From: Oscillospiraceae bacterium
GTDB taxonomy: Bacteria > Bacillota > Clostridia > Oscillospirales > Oscillospiraceae
Length of the DNA stretch: 64,000 nucleotides
Assembly: GCA_902761055.1 (NCBI GenBank)
Contig: CACWIS010000005.1
Coordinates: 31,248-95,247, forward strand
Reading direction: 5' to 3'
The notes below the pieces were generated by a model. The model did no database searches and was not told the origin of the DNA. It saw nothing but the letters and a program-made list of their open reading frames with translations. This document shows positions 1-10,011 of this stretch, piece by piece. Each line of letters starts with the position of its first letter. The first letter of the stretch is position 1. The translations under genes were made by a program, and so were the position numbers.

Positions 1-689
1 GCGGGCATCGCAATATTGAAAACGCCGCTGATCTCCCGTTTTTCTGCCGCAGCGAGGATAGCCGCGGCAACGTCCTTGACGTAAACATACTGTCGTTTCT
101 GTGCGCCGCTGCCGAAAACGACCTGAGGCTTTTTTTCTCTGGCATTGTCGATCAATGTATTGATGAGATAGCCTTTTCTCTCTCCCGCGCCGATCACATG
201 GGCAAAACGGAGGCTTTTGAAGCAGAGTCTGCCGGCCGCGCTATAATACAGGCCCAGGTGTTCCGCTGCAGCCTTCGATGCGCCGTACAGGTTGACGGGA
301 GTGGAGAAAACCTCTTCCTTCCACGGTCTTTCATCGCCGGTATAGACAGACTGAGATGATGCAAAAACGATATTTTTCAGTCCGTTCTCCATTGCAAGCT
401 GCATATAGCGCTGCGCGACCGCGACGTTTTCGGCGTAGTCCTCAAAGCAGAAGCCCGGATACGGCCGCTTCGCCGCCAGCAGCACCAGACAGTCCGCCTG
501 TTGCAGGAGCGCCGCGGGCAGGCATCCCTCCGCCGTGCACCAATAATCCTCTTTCTCCGGGAAGAGCGCCTTGTTCTTTCCTTCCCACGCGCTCCTGCCG
601 CAGCCGATCATGCGATGTCCCGCCGCGCGGCCGATCTTCGTCAGTTCTGTGCCGATAAAGCCGGTCGCTCCGATCACAAGAATAGTCAA
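1..689 (-). CDS. NAD-dependent epimerase/dehydratase (SDR) family protein, 3' end outside window
   Basis: TTG start at 689 with GGAGG at 697-701. The N-terminus LTILVIGATGFIGTEL is a Rossmann GxxGxxG motif, and LYGASKAAAEH is a YxxxK motif. The frame is open to the window edge, and the ORF is absent from the track because it has no in-window stop. Confidence 0.7.
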   Translation of the reverse strand, partial: MTILVIGATGFIGTELTKIGRAAGHRMIGCGRSAWEGKNKALFPEKEDYWCTAEGCLPAALLQQADCLVLLAAKRPYPGFCFEDYAENVAVAQRYMQLAMENGLKNIVFASSQSVYTGDERPWKEEVFSTPVNLYGASKAAAEHLGLYYSAAGRLCFKSLRFAHVIGAGERKGYLINTLIDNAREKKPQVVFGSGAQKRQYVYVKDVAAAILAAAEKREISGVFNIAMP

Positions 690-743
690 GTGTTTTCCTC
701 CTCATGAAAGCCGCGCGCGCTCTTTGCTGCGGTATACTTGCCG

Positions 744-2594
744 TTAATGCTCCGCACCGGGCCGGATAAATCCCGGAGGCAGACAGTTGTAGGTCTCGAC
801 CCAGCGGTCGTAATCGCCGTCAAAACCGCCCTTGTAACGAAAAACCATCACATGACGGAACAGTCCGTCAGAGAAGACTTCTTCGTCCAGTTCATAGTAG
901 GCGTCCAGAAAAGTGTTATAGCGAATCGTTTCATCTTCTGCCGACAGGATCGGATCGCGTCCGTAGTCGACATAGACGATCACGCTCGGGATCGTCTCGC
1001 TTCTTCTGTAATAGTCGAAGAGCTTGGCGGGCGTATTCATTCCGTATGAATACTGCAGCACATCCCAGGAGCTGATGTCACACATTTTCCCCCGGTGGGT
1101 CATCAGATAGCCTCCGGGAAAACAGTCGCGGAAGGCGTAGCTGTCGTTTTCCTCTATGATGCTGTTGAGATACGCTTCCATCCGAGGCAATTCGGCAGCT
1201 TTTTCTTCGACCGTAAACAAGCCTTTGTACACGCCGCTCTCCACACGCGTGTCAAGCTTCCATACCGGGTCGTCACGATAGGTCTCTTTGAACAGGCTTG
1301 CCCCCTGCAAAAGGATGCACAGCGCCATCCCGACAGCAGCCAGCGCTCTGGCTGGTCTGTATTCGGACTCCAGCGGGACCAGCAGGACACAGTAGAGGGC
1401 CGGGAGGCAGCTGAAAAACCGGTTGACCGGCGCGCCGCTGGAGAAAAAAGCCTCAATCAAGGCAAATGCCACCGGGTACAAGCCGAAGAGCAGCAGCATC
1501 CTTGTCCGCGCGCCGCGCGCCTTGAGCAGGAGCAGGAAAACGCAAGCTGCTCCTGCGATCCCGAGCTCGCAGAGGCTGAAATACAGGTTTCCTCCCCGGA
1601 GAAGGAAGACGGAGATCAGAAGACAAAAGCCCGCGGCGATCCAGGACAGGAACAGGGCGTCTCGGTCCGGCGCCCTGCCGTCTTTTCTGTTGGAAAGCAG
1701 ACTGAGGATCGGAACACTTAGGAAGGAAACGGCAAACACGATCGTATCTTGAAAGCCGCTCCCGCCGATCTCGATGACCCTGTCAAAGGCGCTTCTTGTG
1801 CTCTTGGCCTCGCGCGGGAAGTGATGGTTCGGCAGGAGCGTTTCAAAACCGTCCCAAAACAGCTTCGGTCCGGCTTGGCAGAGAAGCGGAACAAGGACGA
1901 TCAGGATCTCCAGGACGCCGCCCGCCATGTATAAAAACAGATTCGCAAAACGCTTTTCCTTCTTTGAGAAAAGCGGGATCAGCAGGAGGTTCAAAAGCAC
2001 GGCGCAGGCATAAGCGGGATTGGCAAAAACGGCGACTGCGCTGAGAAAACCGCACAGGAAAAACACGCCGCGCGCGTTTTTTGCGTCTCTCTCGATCGCA
2101 TCATACAGCAGCGCCGCGACCATGCAGAGCAAGATCAACGGGATGGTATTGTAGTTGAAATTGATGAGCCTGTTGCAGATGCACAGCAGCAGGCAGCATG
2201 CGTACAGGAGCGCGCTCGTTCGTTTGATATGGTGTTCGAGCACGCGAGCTGTGACCAGAACGCAGATAAGATGGAACGCGAAAAAGCTCAGACGAGAAAA
2301 CAGGACGATGCCTTCGCCGCTCGGAACAACGTATTCGTAAAGCAGCATCAGGGGCAGTGGGACAAAGGAGTACCCGACCGCCAGGAAGAAGTTGTTGAGC
2401 GCGTAAGGCAGGTTCCCGTGGAGCATGGCGAGCGTATCGGCCAAATAAAACGACTCGTCCGTGATATCCACGCCGAAAAACGCCCGCACGAACAGTGCCG
2501 CCGCAATGGCGATCAACGCCAGCCGTGCGAGCCGTTCCGCGCGCGCCTCACCGCGTCCGGCTTCAGATTGTTTCTTCCGGATTGTCTCGTCCAT
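744..2594 (-). CDS. polytopic membrane protein, GT-C-like glycosyltransferase candidate
   Basis: 616-aa ORF with about 12 hydrophobic segments followed by a roughly 170-aa soluble C-terminus. The acidic first-loop motif DITDESFY resembles the DE/DD motif of GT-C enzymes. Function is inferred only. Confidence 0.6.
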   Translation of the reverse strand: MDETIRKKQSEAGRGEARAERLARLALIAIAAALFVRAFFGVDITDESFYLADTLAMLHGNLPYALNNFFLAVGYSFVPLPLMLLYEYVVPSGEGIVLFSRLSFFAFHLICVLVTARVLEHHIKRTSALLYACCLLLCICNRLINFNYNTIPLILLCMVAALLYDAIERDAKNARGVFFLCGFLSAVAVFANPAYACAVLLNLLLIPLFSKKEKRFANLFLYMAGGVLEILIVLVPLLCQAGPKLFWDGFETLLPNHHFPREAKSTRSAFDRVIEIGGSGFQDTIVFAVSFLSVPILSLLSNRKDGRAPDRDALFLSWIAAGFCLLISVFLLRGGNLYFSLCELGIAGAACVFLLLLKARGARTRMLLLFGLYPVAFALIEAFFSSGAPVNRFFSCLPALYCVLLVPLESEYRPARALAAVGMALCILLQGASLFKETYRDDPVWKLDTRVESGVYKGLFTVEEKAAELPRMEAYLNSIIEENDSYAFRDCFPGGYLMTHRGKMCDISSWDVLQYSYGMNTPAKLFDYYRRSETIPSVIVYVDYGRDPILSAEDETIRYNTFLDAYYELDEEVFSDGLFRHVMVFRYKGGFDGDYDRWVETYNCLPPGFIRPGAEH

Positions 2595-2601
2595 CGGATG
2601 C

Positions 2602-3738
2602 TTACTCCAAGTAAAACTCTTCTATCGCCTCGCATACTGCATCGATCTCCTGCTCCTTGAGGCCGTAATACATCGGCAGACGCAGCAGGCGCTCGCTCTC
2701 TCGGGTCGTATAGCGGTCATCGCCGTGGAAGCGGCCGAACTTTCGTCCGGCCGGGGCGGAGTGAAGCGGGATGTAATGAAAGACACTTCCGATCTCCCGT
2801 TTTTTGAGGAATGCGATCAGAGCGGTCCTCTCGTCGAGGTCTTTGGCCTTGATATAAAACATGTGCGCGTTGTGAACGCAGCCCGCGGGGATCACGGGCA
2901 GCTCGATACGGCCCTCCCGTGCGAGACGCAGGAGGTGATCGTAATAGCAGTTCCACGATCTCATGCGGTCGTCATAGATCGTGTCCGCCACTTCGAGCTG
3001 CGCCCATAAATAAGCAGCGTTGAGCTCGCTCGGCAGATAGGACGAGCCGAAGTTGACCCAGGTGTATTTGTCGATCTGCCCGCGAAAGAACTTGCTTCGG
3101 TTCGTGCCCTTTTCGCGGATGATCTCGGCCGCTTCGATATGAGCCGGGTCACGGATCAGCAGCGCGCCCCCTTCGCCCATCGAGTAGTTCTTTGTCTCAT
3201 GGAAGCTGAAGCAGCCGAAATCGCCGATCGCGCCGAGCGCGCGGCCCTTGTAGCTGCTCATGACGCCCTGCGCCGCATCTTCGATCACGAGCAGGCCATG
3301 GCGCGCGGCGATATCCAGGATCGTGTCCATCTCACAGGCGACTCCCGCGTAGTGCACAGGAACGATCGCTTTCGTTTTCGCTGTGATCGCGTCCTCGATC
3401 AGCGTTTCATCGATGTTCATCGTGTCGGGACGGATATCCACGAACACGGGGACCGCGCCGCGCAGCACAAAGGCGTCGGCAGTGGACACGAAGGTATAGG
3501 AAGGCATGATGACCTCATCGCCCGGACGAATGTCGGCAAGCAGCGCCGCCATTTCCGTTGCATGCGTGCAGGAGGTCGTCAGCAGGGCCTTGGCCGTGCC
3601 GGTCCGCTCTTCGATCCATGCGTTGCATTTCTTTGTAAACTGACCGTCGCCGCAAATCTTGCGCGAGGCGATCGCCTCGGCGATAAAATGTTCCTCTCGT
3701 CCGGTACAGGGGGGGATATTAAAAGGGATCTTTATCAT
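2602..3738 (-). CDS. wecE: dTDP-4-amino-4,6-dideoxyhexose aminotransferase (DegT/DnrJ/EryC1 family, WecE-like)
   Basis: Internal ATG at 3738 of the 482-aa track ORF, with GAGG upstream. The protein is collinear with my recollection of E. coli WecE (PSYTFVSTA, VPVHYAGVACEMD, FSFHETKNY with the PLP lysine, REKGTNRS, NAHMFYIK, RLLRLP). Confidence 0.85.
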   Translation of the reverse strand: MIKIPFNIPPCTGREEHFIAEAIASRKICGDGQFTKKCNAWIEERTGTAKALLTTSCTHATEMAALLADIRPGDEVIMPSYTFVSTADAFVLRGAVPVFVDIRPDTMNIDETLIEDAITAKTKAIVPVHYAGVACEMDTILDIAARHGLLVIEDAAQGVMSSYKGRALGAIGDFGCFSFHETKNYSMGEGGALLIRDPAHIEAAEIIREKGTNRSKFFRGQIDKYTWVNFGSSYLPSELNAAYLWAQLEVADTIYDDRMRSWNCYYDHLLRLAREGRIELPVIPAGCVHNAHMFYIKAKDLDERTALIAFLKKREIGSVFHYIPLHSAPAGRKFGRFHGDDRYTTRESERLLRLPMYYGLKEQEIDAVCEAIEEFYLE

Positions 3739-3829
3739 TTTCTGCCTCGTTTTATGCTCTTTCAAGCGGTTTTTTGTCAAATCTCTATCTAATGGATTAT
3801 ACTCTGCAACTTTGAATGAAGTCAAGCAA

Positions 3830-4885
3830 TTAACGCTTGACTTCATTCGCTGCGGCAGAGTCCTCCAGCCGCTGTTGATACATGTCTCTGTAGTAGTTCT
3901 GGTACTCGCCGGAGATAATCTCCTCCCACCAGGCCGGATGGTCAAGGTACCAGCGGATCGTCTTCTGGATCCCGTCTTCAAACTTTGTCTCCGGCAGCCA
4001 TCCGAGCTCCTCGTGGATCTTGGTCGGGTCGATGGCATAGCGCAGATCATGCCCTTTTCGGTCGGCGACGTAGGTGATGAGCTCCTCGCTCTTGCCGAGA
4101 GCGCGGACGATCAGCCTGACGATGTCGATGTTGCGCATCTCGTTGTGTCCGCCGACGTTGTACACCTCGCCGATGCGGCCGCCGCGCACGATCAGATCGA
4201 CCGCCTTGCAGTGATCTTCGACATAGAGCCAGTCGCGGATGTTCAGACCCCGGCCGTAAACAGGCAGCGGCTTATCGTGCAGGCAGTTGATGATCATCAG
4301 CGGGATCAGCTTTTCCGGGAAGTGGTAGGGGCCGTAGTTGTTCGAGCAGCGGCTGATCGTGACGGGCAGGCCGTAGGTGCGGCAGTAGGCCATGACCAGC
4401 AGGTCCGCCCCGGCCTTGGAGCTGGAGTAGGGGCTGGAGGTGTGAATGGGCGTCTGTTCGGTGAAGAAAAGGTCCGGCCGGTCAAGCGGCAGGTCGCCGT
4501 AGACCTCGTCCGTGCTGACCTGGTGATAGCGCACGCCGCCGTACTTCCGGCAGGCGTCCATCAGCACGGAGGTGCCGATGATGTTCGTCTCGAGGAAGAT
4601 CGACGGGTTCTCGATCGATCGGTCCACATGGCTCTCCGCCGCGAAATTGATCACGGCGTCGGGTTTTTCCTCCTCGAACAGGCCGTAGATCGCTTCGCGG
4701 TCGCAGATATCGACCTTGCAGAAGCGGAAGCGCGGATCGTTCATGATCGGCGCGAGCGTGCTCAGATTGCCGGCATAGGTCAGCTTGTCAAGACAGACGA
4801 CCCTGTCCTCCGGATGCTTCGCGAGATGATAAAAAATGTAATTAGATCCGATGAAGCCGGCGCCGCCGGTCACGAATACGGTCAT
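3830..4885 (-). CDS. rfbB: dTDP-glucose 4,6-dehydratase
   Basis: Internal ATG at 4885. Contains [20 protein letters not shown] (YxxxK) and STDEVYG. The start overlaps the rfbA stop in an ATGA. 351 aa. Confidence 0.92.
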   Translation of the reverse strand: MTVFVTGGAGFIGSNYIFYHLAKHPEDRVVCLDKLTYAGNLSTLAPIMNDPRFRFCKVDICDREAIYGLFEEEKPDAVINFAAESHVDRSIENPSIFLETNIIGTSVLMDACRKYGGVRYHQVSTDEVYGDLPLDRPDLFFTEQTPIHTSSPYSSSKAGADLLVMAYCRTYGLPVTISRCSNNYGPYHFPEKLIPLMIINCLHDKPLPVYGRGLNIRDWLYVEDHCKAVDLIVRGGRIGEVYNVGGHNEMRNIDIVRLIVRALGKSEELITYVADRKGHDLRYAIDPTKIHEELGWLPETKFEDGIQKTIRWYLDHPAWWEEIISGEYQNYYRDMYQQRLEDSAAANEVKR

Positions 4886-5775
4886 GATTCGTACCTCATC
4901 TTTCCTTCCGCCACGGTGCGCAGATAAGCGCCGTAGGGACTCTTGCCATAGCGTTTTGCGCTCTTGAGCAGCTCGTCTTTTCCGATCCATCCCTGAACAT
5001 AGGCGATCTCCTCGGGTGCGGAGATCATGACGCCCTGCCGCGATTCGATCATCTCGACATAGGCGGCCGCCTGCAGCAGCGTCTCCATCGTGCCCGTGTC
5101 GAGCCAGGCGAAGCCGCGGCCGAGGATTCGCACATCCAGTCGGCCTTCCCGGAGATACATCTCGTTGAGTGTCGTGATCTCCAGCTCTCCGCGCGCGCTC
5201 GGCTTGACCTGCCACGCCATTTCTGAGACGCCGGACGGATAGAAGTAAAGTCCCGTGACCGCGTAGTTGGACTTCGGCTGCTTCGGCTTTTCCTCCAGGG
5301 AGATCGCCCTGCCCGCCTCGTCGAACTCCACGATGCCGAAGCGCTCGGGGTCTTTCACGTAATAGCCGAAGACCGTTGCTCTGTTTTCCGTCTCGGCCGC
5401 CTTGACAGCGCCGCGGAGAAGTCTGCCGAAGCCGTTTCCGTAGAAGATGTTGTCGCCCAGGACCATCGCGCAGGCTTCGCCGCCGATGAATTCTTCTCCG
5501 AGCTGTAAGGCCTGCGCCAGGCCGTCCGGCGAGGGCTGGATCTTATAGGACAGCGACAGGCCGAACTGGCTGCCGTCGCCCAGCAGATCCCGGAAGCGGG
5601 GCGTGTCGCTCGGTGTGGAAATGATCAAGATATCGCGGATCCCCGCCAGCATCAGCGTGGAGAGCGGATAATAGATCATCGGTTTGTCATAGACGGGCAA
5701 GAGTTGCTTGGATGTCACCATGGTGAGCGGATAAAGCCGGGTCCCGGCTCCGCCGGCAAGAATGATTCCTTTCAT
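4882..5775 (-). CDS. rfbA: glucose-1-phosphate thymidylyltransferase
   Basis: Internal ATG at 5775 with an AAGGAG RBS. Carries the [18 protein letters not shown] signature. 297 aa. Confidence 0.92.
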   Translation of the reverse strand: MKGIILAGGAGTRLYPLTMVTSKQLLPVYDKPMIYYPLSTLMLAGIRDILIISTPSDTPRFRDLLGDGSQFGLSLSYKIQPSPDGLAQALQLGEEFIGGEACAMVLGDNIFYGNGFGRLLRGAVKAAETENRATVFGYYVKDPERFGIVEFDEAGRAISLEEKPKQPKSNYAVTGLYFYPSGVSEMAWQVKPSARGELEITTLNEMYLREGRLDVRILGRGFAWLDTGTMETLLQAAAYVEMIESRQGVMISAPEEIAYVQGWIGKDELLKSAKRYGKSPYGAYLRTVAEGKMRYES

Positions 5776-5884
5776 AGGGCAGCTCCTTGTCTTTCGTTCT
5801 CTCGAAGAAGGCCGTCTTCCCGGGGCGTGTCCATCGACGGAGAAGCGCTCGATCCCGTCCCCGCACGTTCTTCTTTTCGTCTTT

Positions 5885-5913
5885 ATTCTACAGCGAAGCG
5901 CGCGTGGAATCAA
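5885..5913 (-). promoter_or_regulatory. sigma-70-like promoter for rfbA-rfbB
   Basis: On the minus strand: TTGATT (5913-5908), 17-nt spacer, TAGAAT (5890-5885), about 110 nt upstream of the rfbA ATG. Confidence 0.45.
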
Positions 5914-6013
5914 GTAAAAAGTCCCAAAAGCTCCTCCTTCCCCTCGCGCATCCGACGCAGAGACCGCCGCGGTTGTCCTCCGCGGCGGTCTCTGCAGGAT
6001 ATGCTTTTTTGAA

Positions 6014-7765
6014 TCACGGTTTGCCGTTCCCCAGGGAGGACGGGCCCGTCCAGCGGATCTGGAGAATCTCCTTGCCGTTCGGCAGAACGACCGTTTTGAT
6101 GATCTCATGCGATGCGTCGATCCCGAGGGAATGGAAATAGCGATCGAAAGCTTCCGCCATCATTGTATCTGCGTCGACAAAGATGACTCCGTCCGCCAAA
6201 AAGATGTGGTCGTCCCGTTCGATCCCGTACAGGCGCTTTCGCTCTTCCAGCAGCGGCATGCGGCTGCTCCAGCCTCGCGTCCCGCAGCTATTGTGCAGCG
6301 CATCCTCTTCGCTCGTATCGATCAGCGTGAATTGCTTGACCGTAGTAACGGCTGATGTCGCGCAAACATAGAAGTGTTCAGGATCATTCTGATCAGAGGA
6401 GTAAGCCGTATACAGCTTCAAATTCTCCCGGTAGTTGCTTCTTTCTTTTTCGAGCGCTGCCGCAAAGGGGACGGCGCCCAGCAGTAACACCAGCGCAGCC
6501 AGGAGCGCCGCGTTCCTCTCTGCGCGCACAGCGCCCAGCCTGCCGTCCGCAGCCAGTCGCAGCGCCACACCGAGCGCGCAGAGGATGCCGCACCAGTCGA
6601 ATACCGCAATGACGCGCGTCGGCAGGCGGCCCATATTCAAAAGATACAGCAGGATCCCCAGCTCGGCCAGAACGCCGAACACCACCAGCAGCTTTTCCTC
6701 CGCCCGCAGCCGTTTCCACAACAGGACGACCAGGGCGAAGGCGAGCACAAGCAGGAGGTTCTGCTCACGGCAGCCCTGCTTGAGTGCCGACGCTTTCAGC
6801 AGACTCAGCATGTCATGGATTTTCTCGAAGGTGCCGGATTCCACATCCATGCTCCGGCTGAGTGCGGCGATCTTCCCGAGCTTTTCCGCATCGATATCCG
6901 GCAGAATACCGAAGGCCATGATCACTTCCCGCTCTTCCTCGGTCACGCCGATCTCCGCCCAGCGCTCCTCATAGCCCTCATAAGGCGGGAAACCGTTGTA
7001 GTCCAGAATGCGTGAGCGGCTGGACCGGTAACTGATGTACTCCTGCCATTCGGGAGCGGAATACGCCTCTTTGTTAATATGCTCCGAGCCCGCAAAAAGC
7101 AGCGCCAGCAGCAGCGCCGCGGCAAGCGGACGGACAGCCGCGCGCTTCCAGTTCGCCGGCTTTGTCCGAAGCAGCCGGAGAAGATCGCAGCAAACGACCA
7201 GCGAACTGATCGGCAGAAACATGAAAAAAACATTACGCCGTACCAACGCGGAAAGCCAAAGCAGCACGACCGGGATGAGATATGATCCGAAGCGTTCGTC
7301 TTCACCCCTTGTCAGCAGCAGGAAGACCGCCGTCCCCGCCAGCAGGCCGGAAAACGTTGTAAACTGGAAAAACAAAACGTGTCTCGCAAAACAGAGGGCA
7401 AGCCCGATCACAGCCGCCGCAAAGAGCCAGGCGGCATGCTTTCTGCCCGCGCAGCAGCGGCGGACGCGCAGAATGATCAAGGTCAGGCAAAGCCAGGCGC
7501 CGCCGATCATCATCAAGCCGTACCAGTCGATCCTGCTTTGAAGCCGATACAGTTCAGCCAGGGCCGCTCCCAGCACATAGTTGATAAAAATACTATGTCC
7601 GTCCGGTCGGCCCATGTATCCGCCGGCTACAATGCCGCGCATCGAAATATCATCGTTCACAGCATAGTAATAGCCGTATGTCAGTCCCAGCAGGATGAAA
7701 ACCAAAAGAAGTGCGAGTGGGATCAGCAGTCTTGCCGCAGTCTCTTGTCTTCTTTGTTTCGTCAT
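6014..7765 (-). CDS. polytopic membrane protein, GT-C-like glycosyltransferase candidate
   Basis: 583-aa ORF with many hydrophobic segments, the first-loop acidic motif [10 protein letters not shown] and a soluble C-terminal domain. Function is inferred only. Confidence 0.6.
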   Translation of the reverse strand: MTKQRRQETAARLLIPLALLLVFILLGLTYGYYYAVNDDISMRGIVAGGYMGRPDGHSIFINYVLGAALAELYRLQSRIDWYGLMMIGGAWLCLTLIILRVRRCCAGRKHAAWLFAAAVIGLALCFARHVLFFQFTTFSGLLAGTAVFLLLTRGEDERFGSYLIPVVLLWLSALVRRNVFFMFLPISSLVVCCDLLRLLRTKPANWKRAAVRPLAAALLLALLFAGSEHINKEAYSAPEWQEYISYRSSRSRILDYNGFPPYEGYEERWAEIGVTEEEREVIMAFGILPDIDAEKLGKIAALSRSMDVESGTFEKIHDMLSLLKASALKQGCREQNLLLVLAFALVVLLWKRLRAEEKLLVVFGVLAELGILLYLLNMGRLPTRVIAVFDWCGILCALGVALRLAADGRLGAVRAERNAALLAALVLLLGAVPFAAALEKERSNYRENLKLYTAYSSDQNDPEHFYVCATSAVTTVKQFTLIDTSEEDALHNSCGTRGWSSRMPLLEERKRLYGIERDDHIFLADGVIFVDADTMMAEAFDRYFHSLGIDASHEIIKTVVLPNGKEILQIRWTGPSSLGNGKP

Positions 7766-7866
7766 GACACAGCTCCATCTTCCGGTGCCTCATCTTCAAC
7801 GGCAGAGGCACGGCCCCGCATGGAAATGGGCCGATTCCGGTCTTGAAGAAGCACGTTTTGCAGTTT

Positions 7867-7895
7867 ATTTTACTGCATACCTGCTCAGGAATCAA
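7867..7895 (-). promoter_or_regulatory. sigma-70-like promoter for the 6014-7765 gene
   Basis: On the minus strand: TTGATT (7895-7890), 17 nt, TAAAAT (7872-7867). Confidence 0.4.
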
Positions 7896-7918
7896 GCCTT
7901 CTTTTCTCTCCTCTTCCC

Positions 7919-7948
7919 TTGACAAGCTGCTCAGCGCGATCCTATAAT
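7919..7948 (+). promoter_or_regulatory. sigma-70-like promoter for the esterase gene
   Basis: TTGACA (7919-7924), 18 nt, TATAAT (7943-7948). Confidence 0.45.
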
Positions 7949-7981
7949 CAGGTCAAAGCTTTGCGGAAGGGGGCGTGCGCG

Positions 7982-9166
7982 ATGAACAAACACAGGCGGC
8001 TGAACGGCCTTCTCTCGGTCTGTCTCGCCGCGCTGCTGCTGCTCGCGCTCGCGCTTCTGGCCGGGCGCGCCGCGCAGCTGCCCGCGCCCGGGGCGCCTGC
8101 AGCCCCGTGGGAGACGCTCTCCCCTTCCGCCGCGCCGGAGCCGACGCCTCACATCCACCGCTTTGCGGACGAGAGCTGCCGCTGTGCGGACTGCGGCTGG
8201 CTGTGCGACCACGCCTGCGGCTTTGATGCGGAGCACCGCTGTCTCGACTGCCGCTGGCTCTGTCCGCACACGACGCACAGCGTTGAGGCCGCCGCCTGTC
8301 CGATCTGTGGCGCGCAGTTCAACCATCACTTCGGGATGGACGGCCTCTGCGACGAGTGCGGCGCGCAGGCGGAGCTCTTCAGCGCCGCGCTGCCGGATGC
8401 CTTTTACGCTCCTGCCGCGCACAGCGGCCGCTGTTTCACCGAAACGCTGACGGACGCGAGCGGCGCGGAGCACACGATCGCCGTCTGGCTTCCCTGGGAT
8501 TACGGCGCGGCGGCTCACTATAACGTTGTGCTGCTGATCCACGGAGACGGCGGCTCCTGCGTGGACTGGACGGACGAGCCGAAGGATACCGATCTCGGCG
8601 AGATCCGCTTCTGCACGGTCTACGATCAGATCGTCGAGCGCGCCTTGTGCGACCCCTTCATCATCGTCGGACTCAACAACGACGGGATGCAGTATCCCCT
8701 CTACGGCGAGGCGCTGCTCGAAGAGACCGTCCTGCCCCACCTGGCGCGCAGCTACGCCACCTGGATGGAGGGCGACAGTCACGAGCAGATCGCCGCGGCG
8801 CGCGAGCATATCGCCATCGGCGGCCTCAGCCGCGGCTCGATCTACACCTATACCTTCGGCATGACGCGCTGTATGGATGTGGCAGCGAATTTCTGCTGTT
8901 TTTCCAACGGCTACACGACCGACGTCACGCGCCGGCTCCGCTCCGAAGCGCTCCGCGGTCTCACCGTCCGCAGCTATATCGCGACGGTCGGTCTGAAGGA
9001 CGACTACATCACCGTGCGCGGACACCGGCACTGCTACGAGACGCTGTGCCGCACGCTCGACGCTTTCACCGACGGGGAAAACGCGCGTCTTTTCGAGATC
9101 GGCGAGGGGCACAACTTCCTCACCTGGACGGCAAGCCTGTACGACGCGCTGCTGCTGATGTTTTAG
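7982..9166 (+). CDS. secreted esterase (esterase-D / putative-esterase alpha/beta hydrolase) with N-terminal Cys-rich repeats
   Basis: Internal ATG at 7982. Signal or anchor sequence MNKHRRLNGLLSVCLAALLLLALALLAG. A Cys-rich block (CRCADCGWLCDHACG, CLDCRWLCPH, CPICG, CDECG) precedes a hydrolase core with the GLSRG nucleophile elbow. Paralogue of 23727-24941. Confidence 0.75.
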   Translation: MNKHRRLNGLLSVCLAALLLLALALLAGRAAQLPAPGAPAAPWETLSPSAAPEPTPHIHRFADESCRCADCGWLCDHACGFDAEHRCLDCRWLCPHTTHSVEAAACPICGAQFNHHFGMDGLCDECGAQAELFSAALPDAFYAPAAHSGRCFTETLTDASGAEHTIAVWLPWDYGAAAHYNVVLLIHGDGGSCVDWTDEPKDTDLGEIRFCTVYDQIVERALCDPFIIVGLNNDGMQYPLYGEALLEETVLPHLARSYATWMEGDSHEQIAAAREHIAIGGLSRGSIYTYTFGMTRCMDVAANFCCFSNGYTTDVTRRLRSEALRGLTVRSYIATVGLKDDYITVRGHRHCYETLCRTLDAFTDGENARLFEIGEGHNFLTWTASLYDALLLMF

Positions 9167-9205
9167 CGCGCCGGCGGGATTTGTCATTCCGCGCCGATGC
9201 GTCTA

Positions 9206-9234
9206 TTGCAAAATCCCGTCCCTTGCAATAGAAT
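9206..9234 (+). promoter_or_regulatory. sigma-70-like promoter for the suf genes
   Basis: TTGCAA (9206-9211), 17 nt, TAGAAT (9229-9234). The spacer region lies within the inverted repeat ATTGCAA-N11-TTGCAAT. Confidence 0.5.
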
Positions 9235-9267
9235 CAGATATCATCATCCAGATAAAGGAGCCGACTC

Positions 9268-9996
9268 ATGCTTGAGATCAAGAACCTGAGCTTCGCCGTC
9301 AGCGAGGCGGACCGGGAAAAAGAGATCATCCACGATCTTTCCCTCACGATCGAGGACGGGAAGTTCGTCGTCATCACCGGTCCGAACGGCAGCGGGAAAT
9401 CCACGCTCGCCCGCCTCATCATGGGCATCGAAAAGCCTATTTCCGGCCGCATCCTCTTCGACGGGGAGGACATCACAGAGCTCGACATCACCGAGCGTGC
9501 GAAGCGCGGCATCAGCTTTGCCTTCCAGCAGCCGGTGCGCTTCAAGGGCATCCGCGTGCAGGATCTGCTGCGCCTCGCCGCGGGGAAAAACCTCACGGTC
9601 TCTGCCGCCTGCGCCTATCTCTCCGAGGTGGGACTGTGCGCGCGCGACTACATCGACCGCGAGATCAACGCCTCCCTCTCGGGCGGCGAGCTCAAGCGCA
9701 TCGAGATCGCGACGCTGCTCGCCCGCCGTACGCGGCTGAGCGTCTTTGACGAGCCGGAGGCCGGCATCGACCTGTGGAGCTTCCAGAACCTGATCCGCAT
9801 CTTCGAGAAGATGCGCGCCGAGATCAAGGACAGCTCGATCGTCATCATCTCCCACCAGGAGCGCATCCTGAAGATCGCCGACGAGATCGTCGTGCTCTCC
9901 GACGGACGGATCACCAGGCGCGGGCGTCCCGCGGATATCCTGCCGGGGCTCATCGGCCGCGCGGCGCCGCTGAGCGTCTGCGAGAAGCTGCAGTAA
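9268..9996 (+). CDS. sufC: Fe-S cluster assembly ATPase SufC
   Basis: Walker A GPNGSGKST, signature LSGGELKR, Walker B LSVFDEPEAGID and the SufC-like H-loop ISHQ. Followed by a SufB/D-family gene. Confidence 0.85.
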   Translation: MLEIKNLSFAVSEADREKEIIHDLSLTIEDGKFVVITGPNGSGKSTLARLIMGIEKPISGRILFDGEDITELDITERAKRGISFAFQQPVRFKGIRVQDLLRLAAGKNLTVSAACAYLSEVGLCARDYIDREINASLSGGELKRIEIATLLARRTRLSVFDEPEAGIDLWSFQNLIRIFEKMRAEIKDSSIVIISHQERILKIADEIVVLSDGRITRRGRPADILPGLIGRAAPLSVCEKLQ

Positions 9997-10011
9997 GGGA
10001 GGCGAGGAAAT

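Noticed and set aside
2602-6108. Long N-terminal extensions of the wecE-like, rfbB and rfbA ORFs (482, 461 and 408 aa in the track).
   Set aside because: The extensions are Arg-rich, overlap the upstream gene or intergenic terminators, and have no counterpart in the well-known enzyme families. The internal ATGs at 3738, 4885 and 5775 give canonical N-termini and have RBSs or ATGA coupling.
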